IMG/VR virus record: IMGVR_UViG_3300036987_000083
Span: 96,001-160,000 of that record
Length of the DNA stretch: 64,000 bases
Reading direction: 5' to 3' (one strand)
From: a virus
A program made the position numbers and the translations under genes. Position 1 is the stretch's first letter. Each line of letters begins with the position of its first letter. Below, piece after piece: positions 1 to 14,299 of this stretch. A model generated the notes under the pieces. That model saw only the letters and a program-made list of their open reading frames with translations. It was not told the DNA's origin and made no database searches.

Positions 1-98
1 GGCCTCCGGGGGAGCGCTAAGCTGGCGCTGGTGCCTCCTGGCTGCCTATTCTTGCTGCCGGTCTTGACAATGACAGCATTGTACAGTAAGGGGGGTGC

Positions 99-320
99 AT
101 GCATCGGACGATGAAGAACAAGAGGTTGACGCTATGGGCGCACTTGGTGTCTGCGCACGCAACGGCCATTACGTTCGATATCTCCCTTTCCGAACTTGAA
201 GGGATGCACAATCAAGAGCATGACGGCCCCGGCACCATTCGAAATCACGACAGGGGCTCTAGGGAGTACAGCTTGCAGAAGCTCGGAGCCGTGCTCTCTG
301 AGCCGGACGAAGAGGAGTGA
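99..320 (+). CDS. hypothetical protein (N-terminus MHRTMKN shared with the ORF at 1130)
   Basis: ORF track; downstream of TTGACA at 64-69; stop overlaps the RBS region of the next gene. Confidence 0.5.
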   Translation: MHRTMKNKRLTLWAHLVSAHATAITFDISLSELEGMHNQEHDGPGTIRNHDRGSREYSLQKLGAVLSEPDEEE

Positions 321-322
321 CC

Positions 323-706
323 ATGGCCAACGTAACCGTCTCCGGCGAGGAAATCCTCAAGTCGCTCACGAGTCACTTGTGCCACTTGGAGGCCTGTCGA
401 GAGTTCATCGACGAGTTTCAGCGACAGGGCTACGAGCCCCGTGTGTTGGAGTGGACTAAACAAAACAGTTCTTTGAATAGCTATGAAAGGCTCGTAGCTC
501 AATTCAAGTGCTACGAGACGACTAAAATCGGCGGCCCGGGGGTTAAAACCACGGTCCAAGTGGTCCTTGAGAACATTGAGCAACTGAGAACCGCAAAAAA
601 GTTGATCGCCTACCTCCAATTGGAGGTTGGGTTCTATGGTCGTGTGCTTCCCGATGCGATGGTATCTCAGCTACACCGCCTCAACGGTTTCGACGACTCC
701 GAGTAA
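323..706 (+). CDS. hypothetical protein
   Basis: GAGGAG RBS at 312-317 before ATG 323; operon-like packing. Confidence 0.6.
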   Translation: MANVTVSGEEILKSLTSHLCHLEACREFIDEFQRQGYEPRVLEWTKQNSSLNSYERLVAQFKCYETTKIGGPGVKTTVQVVLENIEQLRTAKKLIAYLQLEVGFYGRVLPDAMVSQLHRLNGFDDSE

Positions 707-710
707 ACCC

Positions 711-1091
711 ATGCTGCTCCTTCGCCACAATCTTCCCGAACATCCGTATAGGCAGGGAGAGATGCTGCGTCGACCTCCAGGCACTGAGAGTATGTCTGGA
801 CACATCGATGACGGCTCCGAAACCGGAGCGTGCGGTAACGGTGGCTGTGGCTTTCGTACAGTGTATCTTCCGTGGATCGACTGTCCTGAGTGCCTAGTGC
901 TCCTTGATTGGGGCTTGGACATTGGCCTCTTTGCGGGGGGCACAAACGGTATATTTCAGGTGCAGTCTCCAGAAGAAATCGCTGCCGAAAAGGCTGCGGA
1001 GACCCGCGCGCGTGAGCGCCTGTACGCATCGATGGATGCTGAATTTTCGGAAGACGATTCTAACCCGTTCGATGACGATTACGGCCCCTGA
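711..1091 (+). CDS. hypothetical protein with Cys-rich (possible Zn-binding) motif
   Basis: CGNGGC...CPEC; acidic C-terminus; start chosen at ATG 711 within track ORF 627..1091. Confidence 0.55.
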   Translation: MLLLRHNLPEHPYRQGEMLRRPPGTESMSGHIDDGSETGACGNGGCGFRTVYLPWIDCPECLVLLDWGLDIGLFAGGTNGIFQVQSPEEIAAEKAAETRARERLYASMDAEFSEDDSNPFDDDYGP

Positions 1092-1129
1092 GTCTTGACA
1101 ATGGCAATGCGGTCGTGTGAGGAGGGCAT

Positions 1130-2524
1130 ATGCATCGGACGATGAAGAACACTTTTGAGGGCAAAACCTTTTACGAGTCTGCATTCGAGCCGACGAGGGG
1201 TGTGCTTGTTCGCGAGGTTGAGGACCGACCACATGGTCGCCTTAGCTACGGCGCGGGGTTGTCTGAGTGGCTCTCAGAAGAGCTGCCTTGGCCGGAGCGG
1301 CATGCTTTCCAAGAGCGCTGGCGGGCTAAGTTTGGCCATCGAAGCCTTCCTTTTTCACCCTCTCCAGAAACTGTGGATATTTCTATCACGGATTGGTGCG
1401 CATTTGGCTGCTCGTACTGCTACCAGGACAGCACCGCAAAGCAGGCGCACGCACCCAAGGACCTCGTAGACAAAGTCATCCACAGCTTTGATTACAAGCC
1501 CTACCAGGTGGCAATCGGTGGTGGGGAGCCTACGGCTCATCCGGATTTCCCTGAGATTCTTCTGAATGCGCGGCAAGCTGGCGTAGTGCCTAACTACACT
1601 ACGGCAGGCAACGTCATTCGGCCTGAAGTCATTGAGGCCACCAATGAGGCTTGCGGTGGGGTCGCGATGACCTATCACTCGTGGAAGGGGTTGCATTGGT
1701 TTGAGGAGCACTACGTGAAGCTTCGTAAGCTGCTCAAGGTGCAGCTCAATGTCCACCTCATTGCGGACAAGGATGTCGCCACCAACTTGGAGGCGCTAAC
1801 TGCCCTTCAGAGGGCAGTGGGCAGGCTAAATGTCGTGATGCTCGCCTATTACCCTGATGTCGGCCGAGGCACGTTGCACAACATCATGCCTAAGGCTGTC
1901 TACGCGGGTAGTCTGCCTCTTGCTATTACCTCTGCCGTTGCAAGCGGCATGACCCTGGCGTTTTCAGAAGGCCTTCTGCCTTACTTCTTGTCTCGTCCTG
2001 AACTTGGAGTAGAGACGCGTTTTGCCTCCAAGGCGGAGGGGCTTTTCTCTGCATATGTTGATCCCCGAGGGCGACTTAGTTCTAGTAGCTTCGACCCTCC
2101 TCCCAAGCCCGTAAATCTCGACGCTACCGAGAAATTCGTGCCCGAGTACGAAGAAGACACTCCCGAGGCGCGACAGACTAGCGCGGAGCAGGAGCTGGCA
2201 CTGTACCCAACGGTTTGGGAAGGTCGTCTGCAGGACCAGTGGGATCGCAAACGTGGGTGGGATTCTCAACCCCGAGGCGCTACGTGTTATAGCTGCAGGC
2301 TCAGTGGTTCCTGCGCTACTCCCAGTGTACACCACTATTTTGCTTGCGCGTTTGCAACACACAACGGGAAGCAAGCACCCTTGAGTGCCGAAGCACAGCA
2401 GCGACTAAACGAGCAAAAGCTCTATGAGGAGATAGCCGAGCAGGAAAAACAGCTTGGTCGGCAGTTAACCCCGGAGGAGTACGTTCCTTACACTGAGCGT
2501 TTCAAGGCGATTCGAGGGCTCTGA
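1130..2524 (+). CDS. radical SAM protein with Cys-rich (SPASM/twitch-like) C-terminal region
   Basis: CxxxCxxC motif (WCAFGCSYC), GGEP motif (GGGEPT), C-terminal CYSCRLSGSC. Confidence 0.85.
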   Translation: MHRTMKNTFEGKTFYESAFEPTRGVLVREVEDRPHGRLSYGAGLSEWLSEELPWPERHAFQERWRAKFGHRSLPFSPSPETVDISITDWCAFGCSYCYQDSTAKQAHAPKDLVDKVIHSFDYKPYQVAIGGGEPTAHPDFPEILLNARQAGVVPNYTTAGNVIRPEVIEATNEACGGVAMTYHSWKGLHWFEEHYVKLRKLLKVQLNVHLIADKDVATNLEALTALQRAVGRLNVVMLAYYPDVGRGTLHNIMPKAVYAGSLPLAITSAVASGMTLAFSEGLLPYFLSRPELGVETRFASKAEGLFSAYVDPRGRLSSSSFDPPPKPVNLDATEKFVPEYEEDTPEARQTSAEQELALYPTVWEGRLQDQWDRKRGWDSQPRGATCYSCRLSGSCATPSVHHYFACAFATHNGKQAPLSAEAQQRLNEQKLYEEIAEQEKQLGRQLTPEEYVPYTERFKAIRGL

Positions 2525-2620
2525 TTCGATAGTTGCCGCCCCGAGGCAGCACCCTCAAGGGGACACCAAGTAGCTAGTGCAACAGAGCTTAAAATACAGT
2601 AACTCAGGAGGCTGTTAACC

Positions 2621-3010
2621 GTGCGTCGCTTAATCATTAACGTGGGTTTCATTACGAATAGCTCCTCGGCCGTACACTGGTTTCCTAAGGAGCTTCTTGA
2701 TGTTCCAGAGGTGCGGGCGTTCATGGCCGCTTACGGGTTGTCTGGCGGTACTACGGGAAGTGACCTTTGGGACCGAAGCAGGTGCGACAGCGTGGCGCTC
2801 ACTGAGGCACAGAAGCACGAGGTGCGTACACAGCTAAGTAGCGCCGAGTACAGTGGGGGTATTGGCGAGTCCATTGACCCGAAGGATGCCAGCACGTTTG
2901 TTGTTATTTATGGAGATGAATACGAGTCTGTCACCTCTGAACTGGCCGCGCTTCTCTCTCGAATTTGCGCTGAGAGGGGCCTCTCCCAAGAGCGGAGTGA
3001 GTTCAACTAG
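2621..3010 (+). CDS. hypothetical protein with N-terminal F-x-TNSSS motif
   Basis: GFITNSSS; CAGGAGG RBS at 2606-2612. Confidence 0.7.
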   Translation: MRRLIINVGFITNSSSAVHWFPKELLDVPEVRAFMAAYGLSGGTTGSDLWDRSRCDSVALTEAQKHEVRTQLSSAEYSGGIGESIDPKDASTFVVIYGDEYESVTSELAALLSRICAERGLSQERSEFN

Positions 3011-3128
3011 TCGTGCAAACTAACTCGCCCGGGATGCTCCCTCTCAAGGGCCACGTGAAGGCTGTATTGCGGTCGGCATCACTGACTCTGGCAAGCTGCT
3101 ACCCCTTCTCCGAAGGGTACTTCACGGA

Positions 3129-3476
3129 ATGTCGCACTCCTGCAGGAAGCCTATGACCTACGACCCCAAGAAGCCAAATCGTACCCCAACAGGACGAATC
3201 TATTCGGAGCCTCGTTTTCGAGAGTTCCCGATGCGTACTGAGTTCGGTAGGAAGTCTCGGGAAATACTGGACCCCAAAAAAGACTATTGCTTCATTGAAG
3301 CCGACTACTCCGCTGTGGAATTTCGAGTTTACAGCCTTCTGTCCGCCGAAGAGCGCAAATCCCTTTGGTGTTGCGATGTTTATCCCCGAAGAGAATTCAG
3401 TATTCGCGGCATCCCTGGCGAATATGCCCAAGTTGTGGGTCCGGTAATCAACAGCAAAGAAGAGCCACTTAAATGA
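3129..3476 (+). CDS. small protein containing an isolated family-A DNA polymerase motif A-like segment
   Basis: YCFIEADYSAVEFRV resembles PolA motif A (DYSQIELR); no other polymerase motifs present. Confidence 0.5.
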   Translation: MSHSCRKPMTYDPKKPNRTPTGRIYSEPRFREFPMRTEFGRKSREILDPKKDYCFIEADYSAVEFRVYSLLSAEERKSLWCCDVYPRREFSIRGIPGEYAQVVGPVINSKEEPLK

Positions 3477-3757
3477 AACTTGCAGATTTGAAAGTCGACG
3501 ACAACCAGTATGGGTCTATCGACCTGTCCAAGCTCCTCGGTAAGAAGATTCTTCGTGTTGAGGGGCACATCTCCCGGGAGTTTGGAAGGGATGCCATGGT
3601 TTTCCAGTTACATGCCCTTGTGTTGGAGGACGGGGTCAAGCTGTTTGTGGAAGGGGAGCATGACACTGCCTACCTTCCCAGCCTGCGAACCGTTCCTGGC
3701 TTGGAAAACGAGACGCTCTGTGCGCTGTACGAAGAGGGGTTGGTGCAGGGCGCCTAG
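3473..3757 (+). CDS. hypothetical protein
   Basis: ATG overlaps the upstream stop; ORF track. Confidence 0.6.
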   Translation: MKLADLKVDDNQYGSIDLSKLLGKKILRVEGHISREFGRDAMVFQLHALVLEDGVKLFVEGEHDTAYLPSLRTVPGLENETLCALYEEGLVQGA

Positions 3758-4094
3758 GCCTGCCAGAGTCCCATAACTAGTGGGTACCCTGGGCGAGGTT
3801 TTGGATTTCCAGCTCCGGTTACTGGTGAATTAGTACGTGGAAGAACCTCCCCAACGTGCTGGAAGAACTATCGTAGCGAAGGGTCCGCGTTCACAACCTG
3901 CAAAAACGCTCTCAGAATTTTGAGGCGACACCGCCCGGAAGCCTGTTCGACTCCATAAAATGGAAGAAGTGTTTAGGCAGCAACTACGTGTAGTTGCTGC
4001 CTGTTTTTGTTTCCATCCCCGAAAATGGAAGCCCTTACTTGCTCCTTCCATTTCTTAAGTGCTAGATTGCCCTGACATTTCTGTCGGGGACTCT

Positions 4095-8486
<4,392 letters not shown>

Positions 8487-8489
8487 ACG

Positions 8490-8981
8490 ATGCCTCTATC
8501 ATTTAAGACTATCTACCGACTTTCTGACGTGAACCAAAACTACATTAGACACTCCCAGATTGCGATGGCCCCTCGGAAGGTGAAGATTTCGGGGCCTGAT
8601 GGCGCACGAGAGGAATACCAGTTTCTCGTTCCCAATGACGTCAACTTGGGTCACACCATCGCTGGCAACGTAGAAAAAGATGAAGAAGATGCCATCGAGA
8701 TTGAGGACACCGAGCGCCGAGGTGAGGATGGAAAGCCTGTACTCTGGAGGTTCGAGCCCCTCACTCTAAAGTTGTGGAACGAGATGGGCGAAGCCGGAGA
8801 AATTGAGGGGTGGGAAGAGCTTGGGTCTGCAATTAAAGACGATGCAGAACTAAAGCACTTCTATAGGTACGAGTGGCTACTTCCCCGACTGGAGTGGTGG
8901 AGCGAGACACTGGATACAAAGGAAGTTGCTCCTGCGTCTGAGGGGTCTGCCGAGTCGGGGGATGTTGGTTCCGCAGAGTAA
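8490..8981 (+). CDS. acidic hypothetical protein (possible partner of the upstream multidomain protein)
   Basis: Starts 3 nt after the upstream stop; E/D-rich. Confidence 0.7.
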   Translation: MPLSFKTIYRLSDVNQNYIRHSQIAMAPRKVKISGPDGAREEYQFLVPNDVNLGHTIAGNVEKDEEDAIEIEDTERRGEDGKPVLWRFEPLTLKLWNEMGEAGEIEGWEELGSAIKDDAELKHFYRYEWLLPRLEWWSETLDTKEVAPASEGSAESGDVGSAE

Positions 8982-9023
8982 CCCCTAGAAGCTGGCGATT
9001 AGTGCTAATCTGGTAGGTAGACC

Positions 9024-9773
9024 ATGAATAACTCAGAAAATAACAAGGGCCCCGCTCGTCCGGTAAGTCGTGAGCCTCGGTTTACTAAGATTCGCGCGCT
9101 TAACTGCTTCGAAGAAGTGCACCAGCGCATTTTGGACGGGCAAGGCTCTACGGCTATAGCCAAGTACATCCAGGAGGAGGAGGGAGAGTACTTAGAGGCG
9201 ACCAGAGAGTCCGTGGTATCCGCACTCAACTACTACCGGTCGTCTTTGCCCCCCGGGGAATTAGTAGCCAAACAGCTACCGGGTGAGTTCAAAAATGCGG
9301 TAAAAAAACTCAATAAGGCAGTAGATGAGGTAAAGGAGCTGGAGTGGTTGACTCGGTTCCAAAAGCGGCGTTTGAGGCTGGATGGCGCAGTAGAGACGAA
9401 CATCAAGAAGCTCCTGCCAACGATGACTCAGGAGGTACGTGCACACGTGGAAGTACTTCGAACGCTGGCTAGCGTGAAAATGGATTTGGGGCTGAACAAA
9501 CGGCACTTGGGCTCTCTTGAGGTGGACGCTACCTTGGTTGCGGATGTAGTTGGGCGCTACGGCAGTTCCAATGTTGCCAAGGTGCTTCAAAGCGCAGAGT
9601 CTCGTCAAAAGGTGATGGGTGTTGCCGAGCGGTTCTTGGCGCTCGCGCAGCGAGAGATGAATGACAAAGACGCGGCGGAAGCCCCTGCTGACGTAGTAGT
9701 AGATGCGGTGCCTCCCGCACCCCTCGCGCCTACAGACGCTACAGCGCTAGATTTGGATCCTAAGGATGATTGA
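9024..9773 (+). CDS. putative terminase small subunit
   Basis: Overlaps the start of the large terminase; helical, with an HTH-like N-terminal region; assigned by position. Confidence 0.55.
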   Translation: MNNSENNKGPARPVSREPRFTKIRALNCFEEVHQRILDGQGSTAIAKYIQEEEGEYLEATRESVVSALNYYRSSLPPGELVAKQLPGEFKNAVKKLNKAVDEVKELEWLTRFQKRRLRLDGAVETNIKKLLPTMTQEVRAHVEVLRTLASVKMDLGLNKRHLGSLEVDATLVADVVGRYGSSNVAKVLQSAESRQKVMGVAERFLALAQREMNDKDAAEAPADVVVDAVPPAPLAPTDATALDLDPKDD

Positions 9774-12700
9774 AATCACAGGGGGAAGAGCCAAGTCCCA
9801 ACGTACAAGGGAAGAGTTGGAGGCAATGCTTAAGCGAGAGATGTCCTCGCTTACTCCGGATGAAAAAGAGGCGTTGGAAATTATCATTCAGGAGCTGTCT
9901 AAGCCTCAGCAGGGCCCCACGCTTCTCGATACTCTTACGAAAGTGGAGTACAAGCGTACTCCCGTGAGTATGGAGCAGTTCGTCAAGGATCCCTACTACC
10001 TTGGCAACACCTGCGAAAACATCTACCCGGTACTGATGAAAGACTTGGAGGACTTGTTCTCCGGTGGGTACCATGAGGCTGTTTGGACTGGCTGCATTGA
10101 CCTTGACTCCCTTGTCCAAGGAGCCAACGGCTCGCTTCGCACGATTCGGGATTGGATTGGTACTACGGGAGAAGTTATTGGGTTCTCGCCCGAAGGGTCC
10201 AAGGCCGCGAAGACGGGTATCGCCAAGCACTCCGGCATTCAGCCGACGATGCGTCTTACACTGGCGAACGGCATGGCGCAAAGGCTCACACCCAACCATC
10301 AGGTGATGGCTTGGCGAGACGGGTATGCTTGGGTCCGCACCGAAGACCTAGAGCCGGGCGACTTCCTTGTTGTCCCTCGCCAACTCAATACGACGCCAGA
10401 CTCGAACCTTTCTGTGAACGAGGCGAAGCTGCTGGCGTATTGGACCACCGACGGGTCCTCTTCCGAGCAACGTTCTCGATTTACCGATGGAAACTCGGCA
10501 ACCACGGAGGAGGTGGTTGCCCTGCTGGAGAGCCTCGGCTACGCCGGAACTCGAACGCAAATTTCGCCCAAGTGTTGGGAGGTCTATGTCAACGAGCACA
10601 AACGCTCTGGGTTCCTAGAGTGGCTGCGCACCCATGAGGGCCACTATAAGACCAAGGAGGTACTCGTTCCGGATTCTGTTTGCCGGGCGAAGCTTCCTGT
10701 CGTCGCAGCCTTTCTTAACCGAGTCTGGGCTGCCGAGGGTTGCGTTTACATCCACGAAGAGGTTTCCCCTCCTCGTTTTACGCTCGGCATGACTTCTGAG
10801 CGTTACATTCGCCAAGTACAACTGCTACTGCTGCGCTTCGGAGTGATGAGCCGAGTCGTGTTCACCCCTCAGTACGATAAGCGCTCCGGTAAGACCACCG
10901 AAACCTGGCTGCTTACTGTTTCGGGAGTAGGGCCGCTCAAAAAGTTTCTTCAGGTGACTGGGCCAATTTTGGGCAAGGAATCCAAATGCGCGCAAGTGGC
11001 TGCTTATTGTGAGTCGCGCTCCGAGAACACGAACGTGGACGTGCTCCCGATTGAACGCAAATGGCTCAGTCGACAGATGACCCTCGGGGGCATCCAACGC
11101 CCCGCAGGTTCGACTTGGTGGTGTTTAGCCCAAGGCACCGGCAAGCACCTGTCTCGCCAGATGTTCGATAAGTGGCTTGCCGAATACGGCAACACTGCGC
11201 TCGGCGCTCAGCTACGGAGACAGTTTCCAGCAGAGTTCGCGTTCGAGCGTATCGTTACTCTAGAGGACGCGGGCGAGACTGAGGTTGGAGACATCTGTGA
11301 CGTTGAGGGCATTACCAGTTTCGTCTCAAATGGCATTTACGCTCACAATAGTATCGGATACGGCAAGACGCACGTCGCTACTATTGGGGTGTGCCGTGTT
11401 CTTTACGAGCTGTCCTGCATGACGAATCCTCACAAGAGCTACGGCCTTGCGAACGGATCCAACCTTTCAATCGTCTGCATGTCAGTTAACGAAACCTTGG
11501 CGGTGAAGGTCGTCTTCGAAGCAATCGCGTCCAAGATTAAGGACTCGCCCTACTTTGAGGAGCACTTTCCATTCGAGGATACAAAGAAGGAAATGCGCTT
11601 CCCGGGTGGAATCTGGATTGCTGCCCGTGCGTCTACGGATACCTCCGCTCTTGGACTTAACGCCATCGGAGCCCTGATGGACGAGCAGAACTTCCTTGCG
11701 CGAACCGCAAAGGAAGCTCAGATGGGCATCGTCGACAGAGCCGAGACTATCTACAACACCATCCAGCGCCGTATGAAGTCCCGCTTCGAACGTCATGGCA
11801 AGTTGCCAGGTATGCTCTTCATTGTTTCTTCGAAGAAGACAATGGATGACTTCACCGCTAGGCGAATCCGAGATTCTAAAGATGACCCAACTGTCTTTGT
11901 TCGGGATTACGCCCTTTGGGACACAAAGCCAGAAGACCAGTATTCCAAGGAGCGCTTCTGGGTTCTTTGCGGCAACGACACTGTACCTTCGAAAGTACTC
12001 ACCGACGCAGAGTACGCTAAGTTCAAAGACAATGTACCGGAAAACGCCACGTTAATTGCGGCCCCTGAAGACTTTCGTAAAGATTTCGAACGAGATCTTG
12101 AGGGGTGCTTGACTGGGGACACTAAAATACCGCTGCTAGACGGTTCGGAAATTCCTATCGCAGAACTAGTAGGCCGAGAAGAGTTCTGGACGTACTCTTA
12201 CGGTCCTGATGGCCGATTTTACCCGGGGCGAGGCCACTCGGCTCGACTCACGCGTAGCGACGCACCCATCGTAGAAGTGCTCCTTGATAACGGTGAGCGC
12301 ATCCGCTGTACGCCCAATCACCGGTTTATGCTGCGAGACGGAACTTATGCAGAAGCCCGAGAGCTACATCCGGGTACGTCACTGATGCCGTGCTATCGTA
12401 GGCGTGATCGCCACGGCTACGAGCTGCTAAAGTCAAATGTTGGCGGCAAATGGGTGCACACACATCGGCTGGTGGCCTTGGAGTCTCAAGGCGTACCACT
12501 GAAGACATCGACCGTGGTGCATCACCGAAACTTCAGGGAGGGGGACAATACTCCTTCTAATCTTCAGGAGATGACAGTGGAGGACCACACCGCTTTGCAT
12601 GCGGCACGTGTTCACCTTACCATACACAGCCCCGAGGCTAGAACCAAGGCCGCTGCGACTCGAAGCAGGCTCGCGGCAATTCCTGGACCGTTTCGGGATA

Positions 12701-14259
12701 ACTTGCTAACGCAACTTCGTAAAGCTCGTGCTTTGTACGCGGGCTCTGCTGCAAATAAGGCGCAGGGGCAGAAGTCCGGACTTACCTACGGATTTGGTCG
12801 GGCAGTTCGTACCGACGCACAGAAGCGCGTCCAGTCCCTTAATGGCACCAAGAACATTACGAAGCTGAACTTTGAGGACAACCCTTCGAAGCGCTCGCAC
12901 AACCGTCAGGCCTCCCGCACTCGACTAAAGCAGATGAGTGTAGCGGACCGGAAGAACGCGACCATGCGCGGGTTACACGCTCGTTGGCACAAAGGCCCAT
13001 ATGAGGTTTGCTCTATTTGTTCAGGCGTGCAGACTCCAGCCTACCGGCTGCAAAAACAACTTGGCAGCACCAGTGTAGCTGGTAGCTACGGTTGTCATAT
13101 TCGCTGGAAACACGAAGGAGAGTTTGAGGTTTGTCATAGGTGTCGTTCCGACTACAACCACAAAGTCGTGTCTGTCACGCCTGCGGGTCACGCCGATGTC
13201 TATGACATCACTGTGGACACTCAACACAACTTCGCACTCACTGGAGGGGTGGTTGTTCACAATAGCATTCGAGACCTAGCTGGAGTGGCGACCGTCGCGA
13301 TTAATCCCTTTATCCAGCGTCGTGAGAAGCTACAGGAGTGCGTGGACCACACGAGGACCCATCCTTTTTCTGCACTTGTGTATGATCCCTCCAAGCCTGG
13401 TAACTTTATTTGGTCCAAGATGGTTAAGGAGTCCTCGGAGCGAGGGTTCACGGGGAGCCCGCATGAGTCCTCTCTCATGCTTCGTCCCATCCTTAACCCT
13501 AGAACCCCGAGACACATTCACATTGACCCCTCACTCCGAGGAGACGCCACGGGATTTGTCATGGCGCATATCGGGGGCTGGACCGACGTAGTGCGGCGTT
13601 CAGATGACAAGAAAGAGTACCTGGAGCGGGCTCCAATCTACATCGTGGATTTGATGCTGCGGATTGTACCGCCGACCGGCGGTGAAATCGTACTAGGAGA
13701 GCTACGGCACCTGGTTTATGACCTTTCCGCGCACGGTTACATGATTACGGGTGTCACTTTAGACAGTTGGCAGAGTGCAGATACCATCCAGCAGCTTAAT
13801 CAACGAGGCTTTCAATCAAAAGTGCTGTCTGTAGACGTAACTACCGACCCCTATGAGAATTTGAAGACAGCCCTGTACGAGAATCGAGTGTCCTACTACG
13901 AGTACACTCCTGTGATTGAAGAACTACAGCAGCTAGAGCGAAAGTTCGACGGTCGCAGGACCAAGATTGACCACCCTCCCAAGGGCAAAAAAGATGTTGC
14001 TGATGCTTTGGCTGCGGCATTGTTCGCGCTATCTACCACCGGAGTTGCACAACCGCTTCCATTCATGAAGAGCGTGTCCTACACTGGCGACGCTTGGATG
14101 GAGGAGCAGCAGCAGTCGGCTCTTGCGGGTCACAAAGCTTCGGTTGCAAACACTGATCTTCCCGCTTTCTTTAGGGGAGATGGAAGTGATAAAGGCAACG
14201 GAGGGGGTTGGGGGAGTGGTGGTGGCGGTTGGGGGAGTGGTGACGGTGGCTGGGGCTAA
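9766..14259 (+). CDS. terL: terminase large subunit (T4 gp17-like) with two inteins
   Basis: Spliced Walker A TG|SIGYGKT; Walker B ALMDEQN; nuclease motifs HIDPSL, TLDSWQS, KDVADALAA. Confidence 0.92.
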   Translation: MIEITGGRAKSQRTREELEAMLKREMSSLTPDEKEALEIIIQELSKPQQGPTLLDTLTKVEYKRTPVSMEQFVKDPYYLGNTCENIYPVLMKDLEDLFSGGYHEAVWTGCIDLDSLVQGANGSLRTIRDWIGTTGEVIGFSPEGSKAAKTGIAKHSGIQPTMRLTLANGMAQRLTPNHQVMAWRDGYAWVRTEDLEPGDFLVVPRQLNTTPDSNLSVNEAKLLAYWTTDGSSSEQRSRFTDGNSATTEEVVALLESLGYAGTRTQISPKCWEVYVNEHKRSGFLEWLRTHEGHYKTKEVLVPDSVCRAKLPVVAAFLNRVWAAEGCVYIHEEVSPPRFTLGMTSERYIRQVQLLLLRFGVMSRVVFTPQYDKRSGKTTETWLLTVSGVGPLKKFLQVTGPILGKESKCAQVAAYCESRSENTNVDVLPIERKWLSRQMTLGGIQRPAGSTWWCLAQGTGKHLSRQMFDKWLAEYGNTALGAQLRRQFPAEFAFERIVTLEDAGETEVGDICDVEGITSFVSNGIYAHNSIGYGKTHVATIGVCRVLYELSCMTNPHKSYGLANGSNLSIVCMSVNETLAVKVVFEAIASKIKDSPYFEEHFPFEDTKKEMRFPGGIWIAARASTDTSALGLNAIGALMDEQNFLARTAKEAQMGIVDRAETIYNTIQRRMKSRFERHGKLPGMLFIVSSKKTMDDFTARRIRDSKDDPTVFVRDYALWDTKPEDQYSKERFWVLCGNDTVPSKVLTDAEYAKFKDNVPENATLIAAPEDFRKDFERDLEGCLTGDTKIPLLDGSEIPIAELVGREEFWTYSYGPDGRFYPGRGHSARLTRSDAPIVEVLLDNGERIRCTPNHRFMLRDGTYAEARELHPGTSLMPCYRRRDRHGYELLKSNVGGKWVHTHRLVALESQGVPLKTSTVVHHRNFREGDNTPSNLQEMTVEDHTALHAARVHLTIHSPEARTKAAATRSRLAAIPGPFRDNLLTQLRKARALYAGSAANKAQGQKSGLTYGFGRAVRTDAQKRVQSLNGTKNITKLNFEDNPSKRSHNRQASRTRLKQMSVADRKNATMRGLHARWHKGPYEVCSICSGVQTPAYRLQKQLGSTSVAGSYGCHIRWKHEGEFEVCHRCRSDYNHKVVSVTPAGHADVYDITVDTQHNFALTGGVVVHNSIRDLAGVATVAINPFIQRREKLQECVDHTRTHPFSALVYDPSKPGNFIWSKMVKESSERGFTGSPHESSLMLRPILNPRTPRHIHIDPSLRGDATGFVMAHIGGWTDVVRRSDDKKEYLERAPIYIVDLMLRIVPPTGGEIVLGELRHLVYDLSAHGYMITGVTLDSWQSADTIQQLNQRGFQSKVLSVDVTTDPYENLKTALYENRVSYYEYTPVIEELQQLERKFDGRRTKIDHPPKGKKDVADALAAALFALSTTGVAQPLPFMKSVSYTGDAWMEEQQQSALAGHKASVANTDLPAFFRGDGSDKGNGGGWGSGGGGWGSGDGGWG
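10093..11349 (+). mobile_element. intein 1 (419 aa) with LAGLIDADG homing endonuclease, inserted in Walker A
   Basis: C1 (CIDLDS) to AHN|S; blocks LLAYWTTDGS and FLNRVWAAEG. Confidence 0.9.
12106..13263 (+). mobile_element. intein 2 (386 aa) with HNH endonuclease
   Basis: CLTGDT to VHN|S; THRLVA...VVHHRNFREGDNTPSNL...H. Confidence 0.9.
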
Positions 14260-14299
14260 AATTGGCGGAACGACCATGTGGTCGGCAATGTAAGGGCCT

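Noticed and set aside
101-119. GCATCGGACGATGAAGAAC resembles the start of eukaryotic 5.8S rRNA
   Set aside because: The match is short and gapped, lies in a coding start, and has no flanking rRNA similarity. Treated as coincidence.
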